From: an uncultured Candidatus Saccharibacteria bacterium
GTDB lineage: Bacteria; Patescibacteriota; Saccharimonadia; Saccharimonadales; JAGQNJ01
Length of the DNA stretch: 64,000 nucleotides
NCBI GenBank assembly: GCA_964584895.1
Contig: CAZPAW010000002.1
Location: 194,748 to 258,747 of the forward strand
Reading direction: 5' to 3'
Of the stretch, positions 1-9,764 are shown piece by piece; positions within the stretch are counted from its first letter, which is position 1, and every line of letters begins with the position of its first letter. Below the pieces are notes generated by a model. That model did no database searches. It was given only the letters and a program-made list of their open reading frames with translations, and had not been told where the DNA came from. The translations under genes and the position numbers were made by a program.

Positions 1-197
1 GGTAACGCCATGAATGACAAATCCTGATCAATAGTTGGCCACCAATCACTCCAAGCCCCAGCATGATCTATAATCTCGTCGCGGGCTTTGACTGCTAAGT
101 GAGCTGCGCTTAAATCGCCTGTTATATACATTCTAAATGGACCTTTTAATTTATAATCACTCGTCAAAAAATCTGGTCTGTTTGCGCTAGTTATCAT
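1..197 (-). CDS. hypothetical protein, 5' part only (gene continues past window start)
   Basis: Own translation from the ATG at 197..195 gives MITSANRPDFLTSDYKLKGPFRMYITGDLSAAHLAVKARDEIIDHAGAWSDWW... and stays open to base 1. It starts 2 nt after the stop of ORF 199..693. It is absent from the track because it is truncated. No family recognised; the N-terminus is not AtpD-like. Confidence 0.4.
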   Translation of the reverse strand, partial: MITSANRPDFLTSDYKLKGPFRMYITGDLSAAHLAVKARDEIIDHAGAWSDWWPTIDQDLSFMAL

Positions 198-198
198 C

Positions 199-693
199 TC
201 AATTCACTCCAAATTCATCAAAAGTTGGTTGAGGTTGTTCTAGTAACCATGCATTTGCGAGTCTTTCACTATAATCTGGCGCCCAAACTTTTCTCACATA
301 ATTATCAGGGGTGATTCTAACCTCTTCCCCGAAATTATCTTCAATTATAATAACTTTGTCTCTTAAAGGATCGATGCTTCTTTCTAATCCTTTAGCTCTC
401 CAACTTAAGCTCACCAGTGCAGATCTGCCGATTCGCTCAGCAATCGGGTTTGTTTGTTCTTCTATAATTTCAGCTAACTCTTCAGGGAATATGGTAGGCT
501 CAGATTGACCAAGCATTACATAACTCTTGCTAAGGTACGGTGATTCACTAAAAGCAATTAAGCCCACAACCGCCTCACCGTATTTTTCATATTTTCTTCT
601 TAATCGAGGACTCATCTCGGCAGCTGATTTAAGTGCATCGTGTGCCATATCCTCTACTAACTCATAAGCCAATTGTGTACTTTGTGTGCTCAT
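199..693 (-). CDS. hypothetical protein occupying the position where atpD is normally found
   Basis: 164 aa track ORF. Its ATG overlaps the atpG stop (ATGA at 690-693), suggesting translational coupling. No recognisable motif. Confidence 0.5.
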   Translation of the reverse strand: MSTQSTQLAYELVEDMAHDALKSAAEMSPRLRRKYEKYGEAVVGLIAFSESPYLSKSYVMLGQSEPTIFPEELAEIIEEQTNPIAERIGRSALVSLSWRAKGLERSIDPLRDKVIIIEDNFGEEVRITPDNYVRKVWAPDYSERLANAWLLEQPQPTFDEFGVN

Positions 694-1559
694 TTTATAG
701 CCTCCGCTCCACCAGTAATTTCTGCTAATTCTTGAGTGATTCCGGCTTGTCGTGCGGTATTAAATTCTAGCGTAAGATCATCTACTAGATCATTAGCGTT
801 ATCTGTGGCATTTTTCATGGCCATCATTCGCATAGAATGTTCACTGGCTTGTGATTCTAAAAATGCCTGGCTCAGTTGAGCTTCAGCTAATCGTAATGTA
901 ATATTTTCAAGCACGGCTTTCGGAGAAGGTTCAAACTCAGCCATATCCATATCGCCAGTAGTTTGTTCTTTCGAATATGCAACAGGTAGCAATCGATCAT
1001 ATTTTACCTCTTGGACAATACTAGATTTGAAATCAGTGTATAAGATGTCTGCTATATCAATTCTGTTGTCTATATATTTTTCGGTAATCATATTAAGTAT
1101 TGGGCGAATATCGTTGGCGGTAGGGCTCTCGGGGAAATCACGATACACCGCACTGACCTCAACGTCACTAAATCTAGATATAAACCGCGCTGCCTGTTTT
1201 CCGATTACTATAACTTCGCTTTTTACTTTTTGGTCTTTATCTACTTGTAACTCTTTTGCAAGTTGCCTCAATACATTGCTATTGTATGCTCCAGCCAACC
1301 CACGATCACTAGTTATAACTATATGAAGCCGAGTTTTTACGTTATGTCGGATTTTAAAAAGAGGGTGTTTATCGACATCTGTTAATTGGCGCAATCGATT
1401 AAGAATTTCATTAGCTAGATTTCTAAAATCACGGGATTTGGCAGCGTTTTCTTGAGCTTTGCGCATTTTACTGGCCGCCACTAGCTCCATAGCCTTGGTA
1501 ATCTGCTTGGTGTTGGAAACACTTGTAATCCGCCTCTTTAATTGTTGGGTGCTAGCCAT
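690..1559 (-). CDS. atpG: F1 ATP synthase gamma subunit
   Basis: 289 aa. Conserved gamma termini: TKQITKAMELVAASKMRKAQ at the N-terminus and ARQAGITQELAEITGGAEA at the C-terminus. Lies in the ATP synthase operon. Confidence 0.9.
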   Translation of the reverse strand: MASTQQLKRRITSVSNTKQITKAMELVAASKMRKAQENAAKSRDFRNLANEILNRLRQLTDVDKHPLFKIRHNVKTRLHIVITSDRGLAGAYNSNVLRQLAKELQVDKDQKVKSEVIVIGKQAARFISRFSDVEVSAVYRDFPESPTANDIRPILNMITEKYIDNRIDIADILYTDFKSSIVQEVKYDRLLPVAYSKEQTTGDMDMAEFEPSPKAVLENITLRLAEAQLSQAFLESQASEHSMRMMAMKNATDNANDLVDDLTLEFNTARQAGITQELAEITGGAEAIK

Positions 1560-1562
1560 TTG

Positions 1563-1886
1563 CTACTTTTCCTCCTGCAGTGCTTCAGTAGTAAATCGGT
1601 GACCTTGTTTCATGCCACGTAGAACATTTGGCTGGCATAGCAGCCGAAGATCATCGACGACATCAAGATCAGTACAATCAGGCAACATTTCACGAGCTAA
1701 TGTAGATCCGATTCTCAACATGTAATCTTCTGCGCATTGCCAAGCCAGACCTTTTTTAGGGAAAGGATTCTCTTCAGAGACTGAAGGCGGAAAACCAGAT
1801 GTAGTTAGTGTTTCCAGCGCATACCCAAGTTTTGCCATCCCCTCAGGAGAAGCCATTGCACCGCCTTGCTCAATAATAATTGGCAT
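1563..1886 (-). CDS. hypothetical protein inserted between atpA and atpG
   Basis: 107 aa ORF that exactly fills the atpA-atpG gap. Its ATG overlaps the atpA stop (TAATG at 1884-1888), and an AGGAGA Shine-Dalgarno lies upstream. No family recognised. Confidence 0.45.
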   Translation of the reverse strand: MPIIIEQGGAMASPEGMAKLGYALETLTTSGFPPSVSEENPFPKKGLAWQCAEDYMLRIGSTLAREMLPDCTDLDVVDDLRLLCQPNVLRGMKQGHRFTTEALQEEK

Positions 1887-3415
1887 TATTTCTCCTGATA
1901 CTCCTTGGCTATTTCTTTAGCTGTATCTACAATTATTTTCTGCAGTTTTTCATCTGGTTTGTCGCCTTTTTCTAATGTGGTCGTCTCTTTTTTGTGTTGA
2001 GACGAAAGAGCTGATAATAATGCATCCTTTGAATTTTTGATTTTTTCGACCGGAACACCGTCAAATGCTCCTTCGTTAGCAGCCATAAGCAGGGAAGTTT
2101 GTTGCCACACAGATAATGGGCTGTATTGTGGCTGTTTTAACAACTCAGTTAGGCGTTGACCACGTTCAATACGTTGTTTAGTCTCGGCATCCAAGTCAGT
2201 AGAAAATTGCGAAAAAGCGGCAAGCTCGCGGAATTGTGCTAAAGATAGTCGTAAGTTACCAGCAACACTTTTAACCGCCTTTGTCTGAGCGCTACCACCC
2301 ACGCGGGAAACAGACAAACCAACAGAGATAGCTGGTCTAATTCCTTGATAGAATAGATTTGTTTCCATAAAAATCTGACCATCAGTAATCGAGATAACGT
2401 TGGTAGGGATGTAGGCACTAATATCGCCGGCCTGAGTCTCAATAATCGGCAGGGCAGTAAGACTACCACCACCTAATTTATCGCTAAGTTTAGCTGAACG
2501 TTCGAGAAGGCGAGAATGAAGGTAGAAAACATCACCCGGATAGGCCTCTCGTCCTGGTGGACGGCGAAGTAGTAACGACATCTGTCTATAGGCAACCGCG
2601 TGTTTTGATAAATCATCATAAATAATCAAAGCATGTTGAGCATTATCACGGAAGTATTCACCCATGGCGGTTCCAGAGTATGGCGCAAGATATTGCATGC
2701 TGGCAGGATCTGATGCTGAGGTTGCTACAATAATCGACTGATCCATCACACCTTCACGCTTTAGGCGTTCTGCAAGACGAGCAACTTTACTTAGCTTTTG
2801 CCCGACAGCAACGTAAATATTAACAACGCCAGTGCCTTGTTTGTGCTGATTAATCATTGTATCGACAGCAATTGCAGTCTTTCCAGTTTGCCTGTCACCG
2901 ATAATAAGCTCTCGCTGACCACGTCCAATCGGCACCATAGCATCGACCGACATTAGACCAGTCATCAAGGGTTCATGCACACTTTTTCTATCTAACACTC
3001 CTGGCGCTGATCGTTCAACTGGACTCGTACTTTTTGTCTTAACTGGTCCTTTGTTGTCAAGCGGCCTACCAAGAGGGTCGACAATACGGCCAATCAATTC
3101 TGGCCCGACTGGCACTTCCAACACTTTTCCGGACAATCGCACTTTGGCTCCAGCTTTAACATCAACATCCTCACCCAGTAAAACCAATCCAATTTCGTCT
3201 TCCATTAAGTTTAGAGCAAAGGCGGGGACTGCGCCGTTAACACCTTCAATTTCTACCATTTCAGCAAATCCACACTTGTAAAGACCATAAACCCAAGCAA
3301 TGCCGTCACCAACTCGTGTCACGACACCTACATTTTCAACTTCTGGCGTGTTTTTTAAAGCTTCAATCGCTTGTCTAATATCTGAGGATAGTTCTTTTAC
3401 TGATAAATCTTTCAT
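1886..3415 (-). CDS. atpA: F1 ATP synthase alpha subunit
   Basis: 509 aa. Walker A GDRQTGKT and the signature stretch [42 protein letters not shown]. Confidence 0.97.
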   Translation of the reverse strand: MKDLSVKELSSDIRQAIEALKNTPEVENVGVVTRVGDGIAWVYGLYKCGFAEMVEIEGVNGAVPAFALNLMEDEIGLVLLGEDVDVKAGAKVRLSGKVLEVPVGPELIGRIVDPLGRPLDNKGPVKTKSTSPVERSAPGVLDRKSVHEPLMTGLMSVDAMVPIGRGQRELIIGDRQTGKTAIAVDTMINQHKQGTGVVNIYVAVGQKLSKVARLAERLKREGVMDQSIIVATSASDPASMQYLAPYSGTAMGEYFRDNAQHALIIYDDLSKHAVAYRQMSLLLRRPPGREAYPGDVFYLHSRLLERSAKLSDKLGGGSLTALPIIETQAGDISAYIPTNVISITDGQIFMETNLFYQGIRPAISVGLSVSRVGGSAQTKAVKSVAGNLRLSLAQFRELAAFSQFSTDLDAETKQRIERGQRLTELLKQPQYSPLSVWQQTSLLMAANEGAFDGVPVEKIKNSKDALLSALSSQHKKETTTLEKGDKPDEKLQKIIVDTAKEIAKEYQEK

Positions 3416-3523
3416 CCGATTAAACCCCGCTAAACTTTCTTAGATTAGTTTGTGATTCAAATGTTAATCTAGCCTTCATAACTCTCCTTATTATATTCAT
3501 TTCTTGGGGTTTAACGGGATTCA

Positions 3524-3907
3524 CTATACAATCGCTCCTTCTCGTAATTTTGTTAGTCGGTTGCGTACGGTTAGATCCAGCAATTTTTCGCTAGTCTCTA
3601 CCCGAACACCACCGACAACTGATTCATCGATAATATTATTAACAACAAATGAATCAGAGTCTATTAATTTCATAATTTTATTAACTTCATTTTGATCAAG
3701 TTTTTTCCTACTGGTTAGATTAACTTCAACTACACCTGTAGTTTTTTCACGAATACTGCCAATTTCTCTCATAATCGCATCAAGTTCGTTTGAGCGATGA
3801 TTTTCGATCAAATAAGCCGCAAGTAACGTTGCCAGTTGTTTTTTTGAATATTTGTTAGTTAGCTTTAAAGTCGCTGTTGCAATTTGCTTTTTTGTAGGTT
3901 TACTCAT
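3524..3907 (-). CDS. atpH: F1 ATP synthase delta (OSCP) subunit, short form
   Basis: 127 aa between atpF and atpA. The C-terminal VVGGVRVE...LDLTVRNRL resembles the OSCP C-terminal motif. Shorter than the typical delta subunit. Confidence 0.7.
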   Translation of the reverse strand: MSKPTKKQIATATLKLTNKYSKKQLATLLAAYLIENHRSNELDAIMREIGSIREKTTGVVEVNLTSRKKLDQNEVNKIMKLIDSDSFVVNNIIDESVVGGVRVETSEKLLDLTVRNRLTKLREGAIV

Positions 3908-4458
3908 CGTTTATTAGCACCTACTTCATCAAATACTTGCTTGAGTAGTTTTTCGTCAGCTTTCGAATCAAGCTTCGTTCTAATAATAGCTTCAGTTGCT
4001 TCGGCTACTAAGCCACGCATTTCTTTCTCTAAGCCTAATCTAGCTTTTTCGATATCTTCCTCGATTTTTGTGTGCGCATCCGCAAGCATAGTGTCGGCCT
4101 TTCGATTGGCGACATCCTCAGCCTCTTTAATAACTGATCCAGCCTCTTCATGTGACGCTGCGATAATCTTGTCAGACTCTAAGCGTGCCTCTTTTAATGT
4201 AGCTTTTACTTTTTCGTCTAGTTTTTCTTTCTCGGCCTCCATCTCTCTGCCTAATCGAATACCATCGTCTATTGTTTTTCGACGAGCTTCGAGAGAAGTA
4301 ACAATTTTTGTTAAAGCAAACTTTTTAATAATAAAGAACAAAAGGAGGAAAGTGGCCGCTTGAGCCAAAATTGCTAGCGGATCAATACCAAGAGCACCAA
4401 TACCCGACACTTCTTCGGTGCTTGCGAATATTGTTATCAGCACTGTAATATCTACCAC
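3904..4458 (-). CDS. atpF: Fo ATP synthase b subunit
   Basis: 184 aa. One N-terminal TM helix followed by a long charged coiled coil. Operon position fits. Confidence 0.85.
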   Translation of the reverse strand: MVDITVLITIFASTEEVSGIGALGIDPLAILAQAATFLLLFFIIKKFALTKIVTSLEARRKTIDDGIRLGREMEAEKEKLDEKVKATLKEARLESDKIIAASHEEAGSVIKEAEDVANRKADTMLADAHTKIEEDIEKARLGLEKEMRGLVAEATEAIIRTKLDSKADEKLLKQVFDEVGANKR

Positions 4459-4485
4459 TTTTTCTCCTTTATTTTCTTCTTATAA

Positions 4486-4731
4486 TTATGCGAGCAAGAA
4501 TGCGCCCAGTAGAAACGCAAGCAACGCCGTAACCTCGATCATCGCTGCGATAATCACGATCTGGCTGGCTGCTTTTCCAGCTTCTGGGTTGCGTCCTAAG
4601 GCTTTCATGTAGTTTGAGCCTACCCAACCTAACGCGAGAGCAGCTGCACCTAGAGCAATTCCTAACATTATACCTTTTGCCATAATGTCGTTGCTGCCTG
4701 CTTCAGCTGCAAATGTTGTTATTGGAACCAT
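4486..4731 (-). CDS. atpE: Fo ATP synthase c subunit
   Basis: 81 aa two-helix hairpin with a GRNPEA loop and a carboxylate residue in AAMIEVTALLAF. Confidence 0.9.
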   Translation of the reverse strand: MVPITTFAAEAGSNDIMAKGIMLGIALGAAALALGWVGSNYMKALGRNPEAGKAASQIVIIAAMIEVTALLAFLLGAFLLA

Positions 4732-4780
4732 GTTATTTCTCCTTTTACCTTGTTTTTATCCCCTTTTGACGGTTCACTCA

Positions 4781-5638
4781 TCACGAAGCTGTCGACCCAA
4801 TCTCGACCTGTTTTTGGGTCCCTTCCTGATGTTCTTTACCGTGCTCATCATCATGAGCGTGCGAAATCGCTAATCCCAGATACGTTGCTGATAATACTGT
4901 AAATACGTAAGCCTGTATACCCGCAACCAACACTTCAAATAAAATTATTGGTAGCGCGGCTAGCGGAGTACGGCCTCCAGCTAACACTAAGGAAGTAAAA
5001 ACTGCTATTAAAATCTCTCCGACAGCTGTATTCAAAAACAACCTCAAACTCAAACTCAAAATCCTTGTCAACTCACCAAATACTTCTAGTACTCCTATAA
5101 AAAAATTGAGCGGATTCCATGGTTTATTCGTAAAATAGTGCTGTAGATGTTTCTTGCCGCCTTGTTCTTTAATTGATAAGACCTGAACCATCAAAATTGC
5201 AGCAACAGCCATCGCTATAGTCGCATTAAGATCTGCTGTAAATGGACGCAACAAAGGCGTTGCGACGCCTTCATAAGTTATTTCTACAGATGGACCGACA
5301 ACAGGCAAAAGTCCAAGTGTGTTGTTAACAAGAATAAAAATAAAAAAGCTCCCGAAGATTGGAGCAAATTTTATAGCTAACTTGCGACTTCCGAAGACTC
5401 CTTCGAGCATTGACAGAATATAATCCATAATCATCTCTACAAATTGAGCCCAACCTTTTTTTGGTCGAATAGAAATCTTTTTTGCCGCCCAAACCAACAT
5501 CAATATTATAAAAGCCGATGACAAAATACCATAAAGCATCGAATTGGTTACAGTTAGTGGCCCAATCTGTGCAATCGGCTCTGCCTTTAAACTAACGTGT
5601 ATATCGCTAGACGCAAAATGAAGTAGAGAACCTAACAT
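4781..5638 (-). CDS. atpB: Fo ATP synthase a subunit
   Basis: 285 aa polytopic membrane protein. LSLRLFLNTAVGE contains the conserved Arg (RLFxN). First gene of the operon. Confidence 0.9.
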   Translation of the reverse strand: MLGSLLHFASSDIHVSLKAEPIAQIGPLTVTNSMLYGILSSAFIILMLVWAAKKISIRPKKGWAQFVEMIMDYILSMLEGVFGSRKLAIKFAPIFGSFFIFILVNNTLGLLPVVGPSVEITYEGVATPLLRPFTADLNATIAMAVAAILMVQVLSIKEQGGKKHLQHYFTNKPWNPLNFFIGVLEVFGELTRILSLSLRLFLNTAVGEILIAVFTSLVLAGGRTPLAALPIILFEVLVAGIQAYVFTVLSATYLGLAISHAHDDEHGKEHQEGTQKQVEIGSTAS

Positions 5639-5765
5639 TGTTGGTCCTCCTCACTAATCCGATTTGTCGTCGGCAAACTGTCGGCGGCTCTTTTCATTTA
5701 CGTGTGTCTACTATATACAATTTGGCCTCTGTACGCAAGAGGGATGTATCAGACTGAATAATCCT

Positions 5766-6266
5766 CTATTCGGCTGGATTTTGGCTTGCTTCGCAAAATA
5801 CCTCAACAGATTGCTCTACTGCCGTTAAAAGACCTAAAGCCAATCTTTCATCGAAGCCATCACGGATGAGAGCAGGAGAAAACGGTTCAATAATTGGATC
5901 AAGTCTTGGCCTTACTCCAGGTAAATGACCAAACCCATCAGGGAATTCGCCAAAACTATATGTTGCGCGCATATATGGTCCGACAGGATCACTAGATATT
6001 TGAAGATATGTGGCGGGCATAAGTCCTTCTGCAGGCGACACTTCAATAGTATTCGTTGAACGCATAACATCAGTATTTTTCAATGAATCATGTTTATTCG
6101 GGTCATACTGATCTTTTAAGTGTGGCGCGATTTTGACGTTTAATGCATCCCAACGTTCTTGAGGCGTAAGTTCACATTCTTTTTGAGCCAAATCTTCGTA
6201 ATTACGGAGTTCTATGGCTTGTACTTCTAATTTTCTAATTTTTTCGATTCTTGATAATTCCATCAA
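5766..6266 (-). CDS. hypothetical protein
   Basis: 166 aa track ORF with no competing ORF. No family recognised. Confidence 0.5.
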   Translation of the reverse strand: MMELSRIEKIRKLEVQAIELRNYEDLAQKECELTPQERWDALNVKIAPHLKDQYDPNKHDSLKNTDVMRSTNTIEVSPAEGLMPATYLQISSDPVGPYMRATYSFGEFPDGFGHLPGVRPRLDPIIEPFSPALIRDGFDERLALGLLTAVEQSVEVFCEASQNPAE

Positions 6267-6403
6267 AAAATATCCTATACAAAAGTATATTTCAGTGCAA
6301 GCATAACAATTATCATATGCTATAAATAGAATGAGACTTTACAATGTATAGTTACTTTGATAGTATTCTAGTTGGTAACTTAAACAGAAAGGGAAGTAAA
6401 AAA

Positions 6404-6631
6404 ATGATAACAGTATACTCAACCCCAACCTGCGGCTTTTGCCATGCCTTAAAAGCTTATCTCAATGACAAAAAGGTCAAATTTGAAGAAAAAGATCTTA
6501 CGACCGACGAATCCGCCGCAAAGTGGGTCTATAACCACACTGGACAATTAGCTGTACCTGTTACTGATATTAACGGCAAAATTATTATAGGCTTTGATCG
6601 ACCTAGTATCGATGCCGCACTAGCAAGCTAA
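6404..6631 (+). CDS. glutaredoxin-like protein (NrdH/YruB-like)
   Basis: Redox motif CGFC in ITVYSTPTCGFCHALKAYL on a thioredoxin-fold-sized protein. The internal ATG at 6404 (MITVYS) is preferred over the track start at 6344. Confidence 0.8.
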   Translation: MITVYSTPTCGFCHALKAYLNDKKVKFEEKDLTTDESAAKWVYNHTGQLAVPVTDINGKIIIGFDRPSIDAALAS

Positions 6632-6682
6632 ATGTGATAAATATCACAACTCATTTCTATTTTTTCGAATAAAATATCAGGT

Positions 6683-7222
6683 ATGAGCAATGCATATTCA
6701 GAACAAATGCCAATCACACCACCTGATATCGAGGGGCCGTTAGGCGTAGAACAACATTTAGACGGCCCACAAGGGCCGTTATTTATTTATGACACCTTTC
6801 CGCAACCTATCGATTTCGATAAAATCTCTGCTGAACTAACAAAAGTACATGATGGTAAAGAAATTGTCTTTCAATTGCTAAAAAAAGTTGGCGTAATTGT
6901 TCCTCTAGGCAATGATCCAATCGAGATTACTGAAGGCGAAGAGAGAAATGATCCACCAGAAAGCGAAATTCTTAAAAAGTTAAAGATGGCTGAAGATTTT
7001 TATCACGAATATTTCTTTGACGACTTTCATCATGGGCGAAAAGGATTAGATGGTGATGGAATATTAGATTTACATGTTCAAACCGAGGACTACGATAATA
7101 AACCATTTTTGGGATTCTTTGTCAGGCTAACGATAAGAGAAGGCGATCATGAATACGTCCGCGATGCTGAACGTATTGCCAGAATATTAGTCCTAGATGA
7201 AGTTAATTCACTAAATCAATAA
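6683..7222 (+). CDS. hypothetical protein
   Basis: 179 aa track ORF. TAAAAT box lies 7 nt upstream of the ATG. No family recognised. Confidence 0.5.
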   Translation: MSNAYSEQMPITPPDIEGPLGVEQHLDGPQGPLFIYDTFPQPIDFDKISAELTKVHDGKEIVFQLLKKVGVIVPLGNDPIEITEGEERNDPPESEILKKLKMAEDFYHEYFFDDFHHGRKGLDGDGILDLHVQTEDYDNKPFLGFFVRLTIREGDHEYVRDAERIARILVLDEVNSLNQ

Positions 7223-7240
7223 TCATGTAAAATAGACCTA

Positions 7241-7813
7241 ATGGGAACATTCGACGACTTCAAACAAAAAGACTCAGTAGTTATCGTCTATACCGGAGAA
7301 GGCAAGGGAAAAACTAGCGCCAGTATGGGTTTAATGGCCCGTGCGCTAGGTACTGGCTGGTCGGTGGCATTTATCCAATTTATAAAACACTGGGAAGTTG
7401 GCGAGCACAAATTTATCTCCGATATAAAACCACTGTACAAATCAAAATTACTGTTTTATAAAGGCGGAAAAGGTTTTTATAATGCCGGTAAGCTCAGCGC
7501 CAAAGGCATAACAAAAGCCCAACACAAACAAGCCGCCAAAGAAACATTTGATCAGGCTATGCGTGCAGTCAACAGCGGCAAATACCAAGTTGTAATCTGT
7601 GACGAAATCAATAACGCCCTTAATGACGGATTACTAACTAAAACTCAAGTAAAAAAACTAATAAAATCAAAACACAAAAATACCAGCCTATGTTTAACTG
7701 GTCGTAACTTTCCAAGCGACTTATTGCCACTTGTCGACATTGCCACCAACATGACAAAACTAAAACATCACTTTGACGACAAATACCTTGCCAATCCCGG
7801 TATTGATTATTGA
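7241..7813 (+). CDS. cobO: ATP:cob(I)alamin adenosyltransferase, CobO/BtuR type
   Basis: 190 aa. P-loop VIVYTGEGKGKTSASMGLMARALG, plus FIQFIK and VICDEINNAL, typical of the CobA/CobO/BtuR family. Confidence 0.8.
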   Translation: MGTFDDFKQKDSVVIVYTGEGKGKTSASMGLMARALGTGWSVAFIQFIKHWEVGEHKFISDIKPLYKSKLLFYKGGKGFYNAGKLSAKGITKAQHKQAAKETFDQAMRAVNSGKYQVVICDEINNALNDGLLTKTQVKKLIKSKHKNTSLCLTGRNFPSDLLPLVDIATNMTKLKHHFDDKYLANPGIDY

Positions 7814-7817
7814 TTGA

Positions 7818-8219
7818 TTACTGAGGTATCGCGAAATCTTCTGCAGTTAATCGACCGTCTTCGCATGCAGGGTGCTCTGTACTTATTTCGAGGCCAGCGC
7901 CTCCGGACTTACCATCATCCCCTACGAACAGGCTATATCTATCTCCACCATCGCACCACTCAACTAATTGTTGTCTCCAGTAAAACGTGTTTCCACCATT
8001 TGTAATTTCAACGTTTCTGGTCCCATTCCCATAATATTCAATTGAAAAACTTGGACCACTTCCTGCGTTTTCGTTTATAGCCTCTACGTCGTTTGGTGCA
8101 GGAGAAGGTTCAGATTCAGAACTCCCCCCACTGCTTCCGCAAGCAGTTAACGCCGAACCGGCAAGCATTAAAATTAAAGATGTCTGTACCACCCTATTTT
8201 TAAGCACTTCTTTTGTCAT
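7818..8219 (-). CDS. lipoprotein, unknown function
   Basis: Signal peptide with the lipobox LTAC followed by a Gly/Ser-rich linker. The start at MTKEVL (8219) is preferred over the track start at 8255. Confidence 0.65.
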   Translation of the reverse strand: MTKEVLKNRVVQTSLILMLAGSALTACGSSGGSSESEPSPAPNDVEAINENAGSGPSFSIEYYGNGTRNVEITNGGNTFYWRQQLVEWCDGGDRYSLFVGDDGKSGGAGLEISTEHPACEDGRLTAEDFAIPQ

Positions 8220-8296
8220 GAAACTTATATTAGCACTTTTATTACCTTCAATCAACTTTATACTATCGTATCTCGTTATTAAGTTTTAAGGCTTTT

Positions 8297-8329
8297 GAAC
8301 TGGCACTCTTGACATGAGAGTGCCAGTTC
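8297..8329. promoter_or_regulatory. CIRCE-like inverted repeat overlapping a TTGACA(-35)/TACACT(-10) promoter upstream of hsp20
   Basis: GAACTGGCACTCT-tgacatg-AGAGTGCCAGTTC is a perfect 13 bp inverted repeat. Its core GCACTC-N9-GAGTGC matches the CIRCE consensus TTAGCACTC-N9-GAGTGCTAA. TTGACA at 8309-8314 is followed by a 17 nt spacer and TACACT at 8332-8337. Confidence 0.6.
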
Positions 8330-8388
8330 ATTACACTAATAACGGTGGTGCAGTCCACTAAAATTAACGTAATATAAAGGGGGTAAAA

Positions 8389-8814
8389 ATGGCAATAATT
8401 CAATTTGACCCGTTTGATGATTTTCGGGCATTACAAAAACAGTTTTTTGGTGATGACTTTTGGTCGCCATCAACAACAACCGCACAATTACCAACAACAG
8501 ACATCTACTCAGAGGACGACAAATCAATGATTGTTGAGGCTCATTTGCCACATTTTGATCAAAAAGATGTCGATGTTAGCGTAGATCGAGGTGTGCTAAC
8601 AATCAGCGCCGAAAAACATGAAAAAGAAGAAGACAAGAAAAAGAAATATGTAATCCGCGAGAGCTCGTCTAGCTTTTATCGACGCGTAGCGTTGCCAAAG
8701 CATGCTGATGGCGATCATGTATCGGCTCACTTTGACAAAGGCGTACTCAAAGTTACAGTACCATTCAAAGAGCTACCAAAACCTAAGAAAGTCCAAATCA
8801 AAGCCAAAAACTAG
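8389..8814 (+). CDS. small heat-shock protein, Hsp20/alpha-crystallin family
   Basis: 141 aa. Alpha-crystallin domain (TDIYSEDDKSMIVEAHLPHFDQKDVDVSVDRGVLTISAE ... GVLKVTVP). GGGGG-type Shine-Dalgarno upstream. Confidence 0.9.
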   Translation: MAIIQFDPFDDFRALQKQFFGDDFWSPSTTTAQLPTTDIYSEDDKSMIVEAHLPHFDQKDVDVSVDRGVLTISAEKHEKEEDKKKKYVIRESSSSFYRRVALPKHADGDHVSAHFDKGVLKVTVPFKELPKPKKVQIKAKN

Positions 8815-8910
8815 TTATTTTGTACATTCGTTAAAGTTGATAAAAAAGGTAATGACTATTGATGGGTTTTGTCGTGTTAATATTCTAGTTATTAACGATA
8901 AAACAAACAC

Positions 8911-9480
8911 ATGACTAAAAGGCTAGAAAAAAACCTATTTAAAGTAATTATCGGCATCTTGCTGGTTATTGGCTCATTAGTTTACTCAAAATATCAGCCG
9001 GTGGTTCAAGCTCCTATTACACAAGCCGGCTACTACAATGTCTCTAAATTTGATGATGGAGATACTATTGTTGTTGATATGAACGGAATAGATGAAAAAG
9101 TACGGTTTATAGGTGTAGACACGCCAGAAACTCATGATCCCAGAAAGCCGGTACAGTGCTTCGGAAAAGCTGCCGCTAAATTCACAAAGGACCTAATAGG
9201 TAATAATCAGGTTAGATTAGAAGCTGATCCGACAAATACCAACCGAGATAGATACAATAGATTACTTCGTTATGTTTATCTACCTGACGGTACGCTAGTT
9301 AATCTCGAAATTATTAAGCAGGGTTATGGATTTGCATATTTAAGCTTTCCTGTACAAAAAGCAGAAGAATTTAGATTAGCTCAAAAAATTGCTCGAGAAA
9401 ACGAGAAAGGGCTATGGTCGTCCTGCGATCCAGAAAAAAATCAGTACGGCGGGTACACCTCACCTCCAGAAGACAATTAG
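8911..9480 (+). CDS. secreted/membrane-anchored thermonuclease (SNase family)
   Basis: 189 aa. N-terminal TM/signal segment, then GDTIVV...VRFIGVDTPE...CFGKAA..., DRYNRLLRYVYL and the EIIKQGYG pattern of staphylococcal nuclease homologues. Confidence 0.85.
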   Translation: MTKRLEKNLFKVIIGILLVIGSLVYSKYQPVVQAPITQAGYYNVSKFDDGDTIVVDMNGIDEKVRFIGVDTPETHDPRKPVQCFGKAAAKFTKDLIGNNQVRLEADPTNTNRDRYNRLLRYVYLPDGTLVNLEIIKQGYGFAYLSFPVQKAEEFRLAQKIARENEKGLWSSCDPEKNQYGGYTSPPEDN

Positions 9481-9494
9481 TCTATAATTATAAT

Positions 9495-9764
9495 GTGACT
9501 TTTAACCCAGAAAAAAATTTAAAGATACGCGCCGTGCTTTATGTCATCGGTGTGGGTGGATTAATCCATCTATCGACTCTGCTAATTCTAGCTATTTCAA
9601 AGCAAGACCTAGATTATTTCAGCCCACTATACACTGTAGATATCGATCAATTATGGAGCGGGGTAAATAATAATTATTTTATCTATATTAGTGGATGGTT
9701 AATCTTTTTCTCGGCAATTACCATCGTCTACAAACTCTTAGTCAAAGCACATAAAAAACCTTAA
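9495..9764 (+). CDS. small membrane protein
   Basis: Two predicted TM helices. GTG at 9495 is preceded by TATAAT (9483-9488) plus 6 nt. The track start at 9414 would overlap the nuclease gene. Confidence 0.4.
   Translation: MTFNPEKNLKIRAVLYVIGVGGLIHLSTLLILAISKQDLDYFSPLYTVDIDQLWSGVNNNYFIYISGWLIFFSAITIVYKLLVKAHKKP

Noticed and set aside
311-4873. Track ORFs antisense to or overlapping the ATP synthase genes (311..508, 1027..1326, 2239..2472, 3051..3281, 3504..3695, 3884..4363, 4418..4612, 4685..4873)
   Set aside because: Each lies inside a strongly supported gene on the opposite strand or in another frame. All have Ser/Leu/Ile-rich low-complexity translations typical of antisense frames.
8336-8551. 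71 aa minus-strand ORF overlapping the hsp20 start
   Set aside because: It is antisense to a well-supported Hsp20 gene and spans that gene's promoter and Shine-Dalgarno region.
9414-9494. Upstream extension of the small membrane protein ORF into the thermonuclease gene
   Set aside because: It would overlap the nuclease gene by 67 nt. A GTG at 9495 with the TATAAT plus 6 nt geometry fits the local pattern better.
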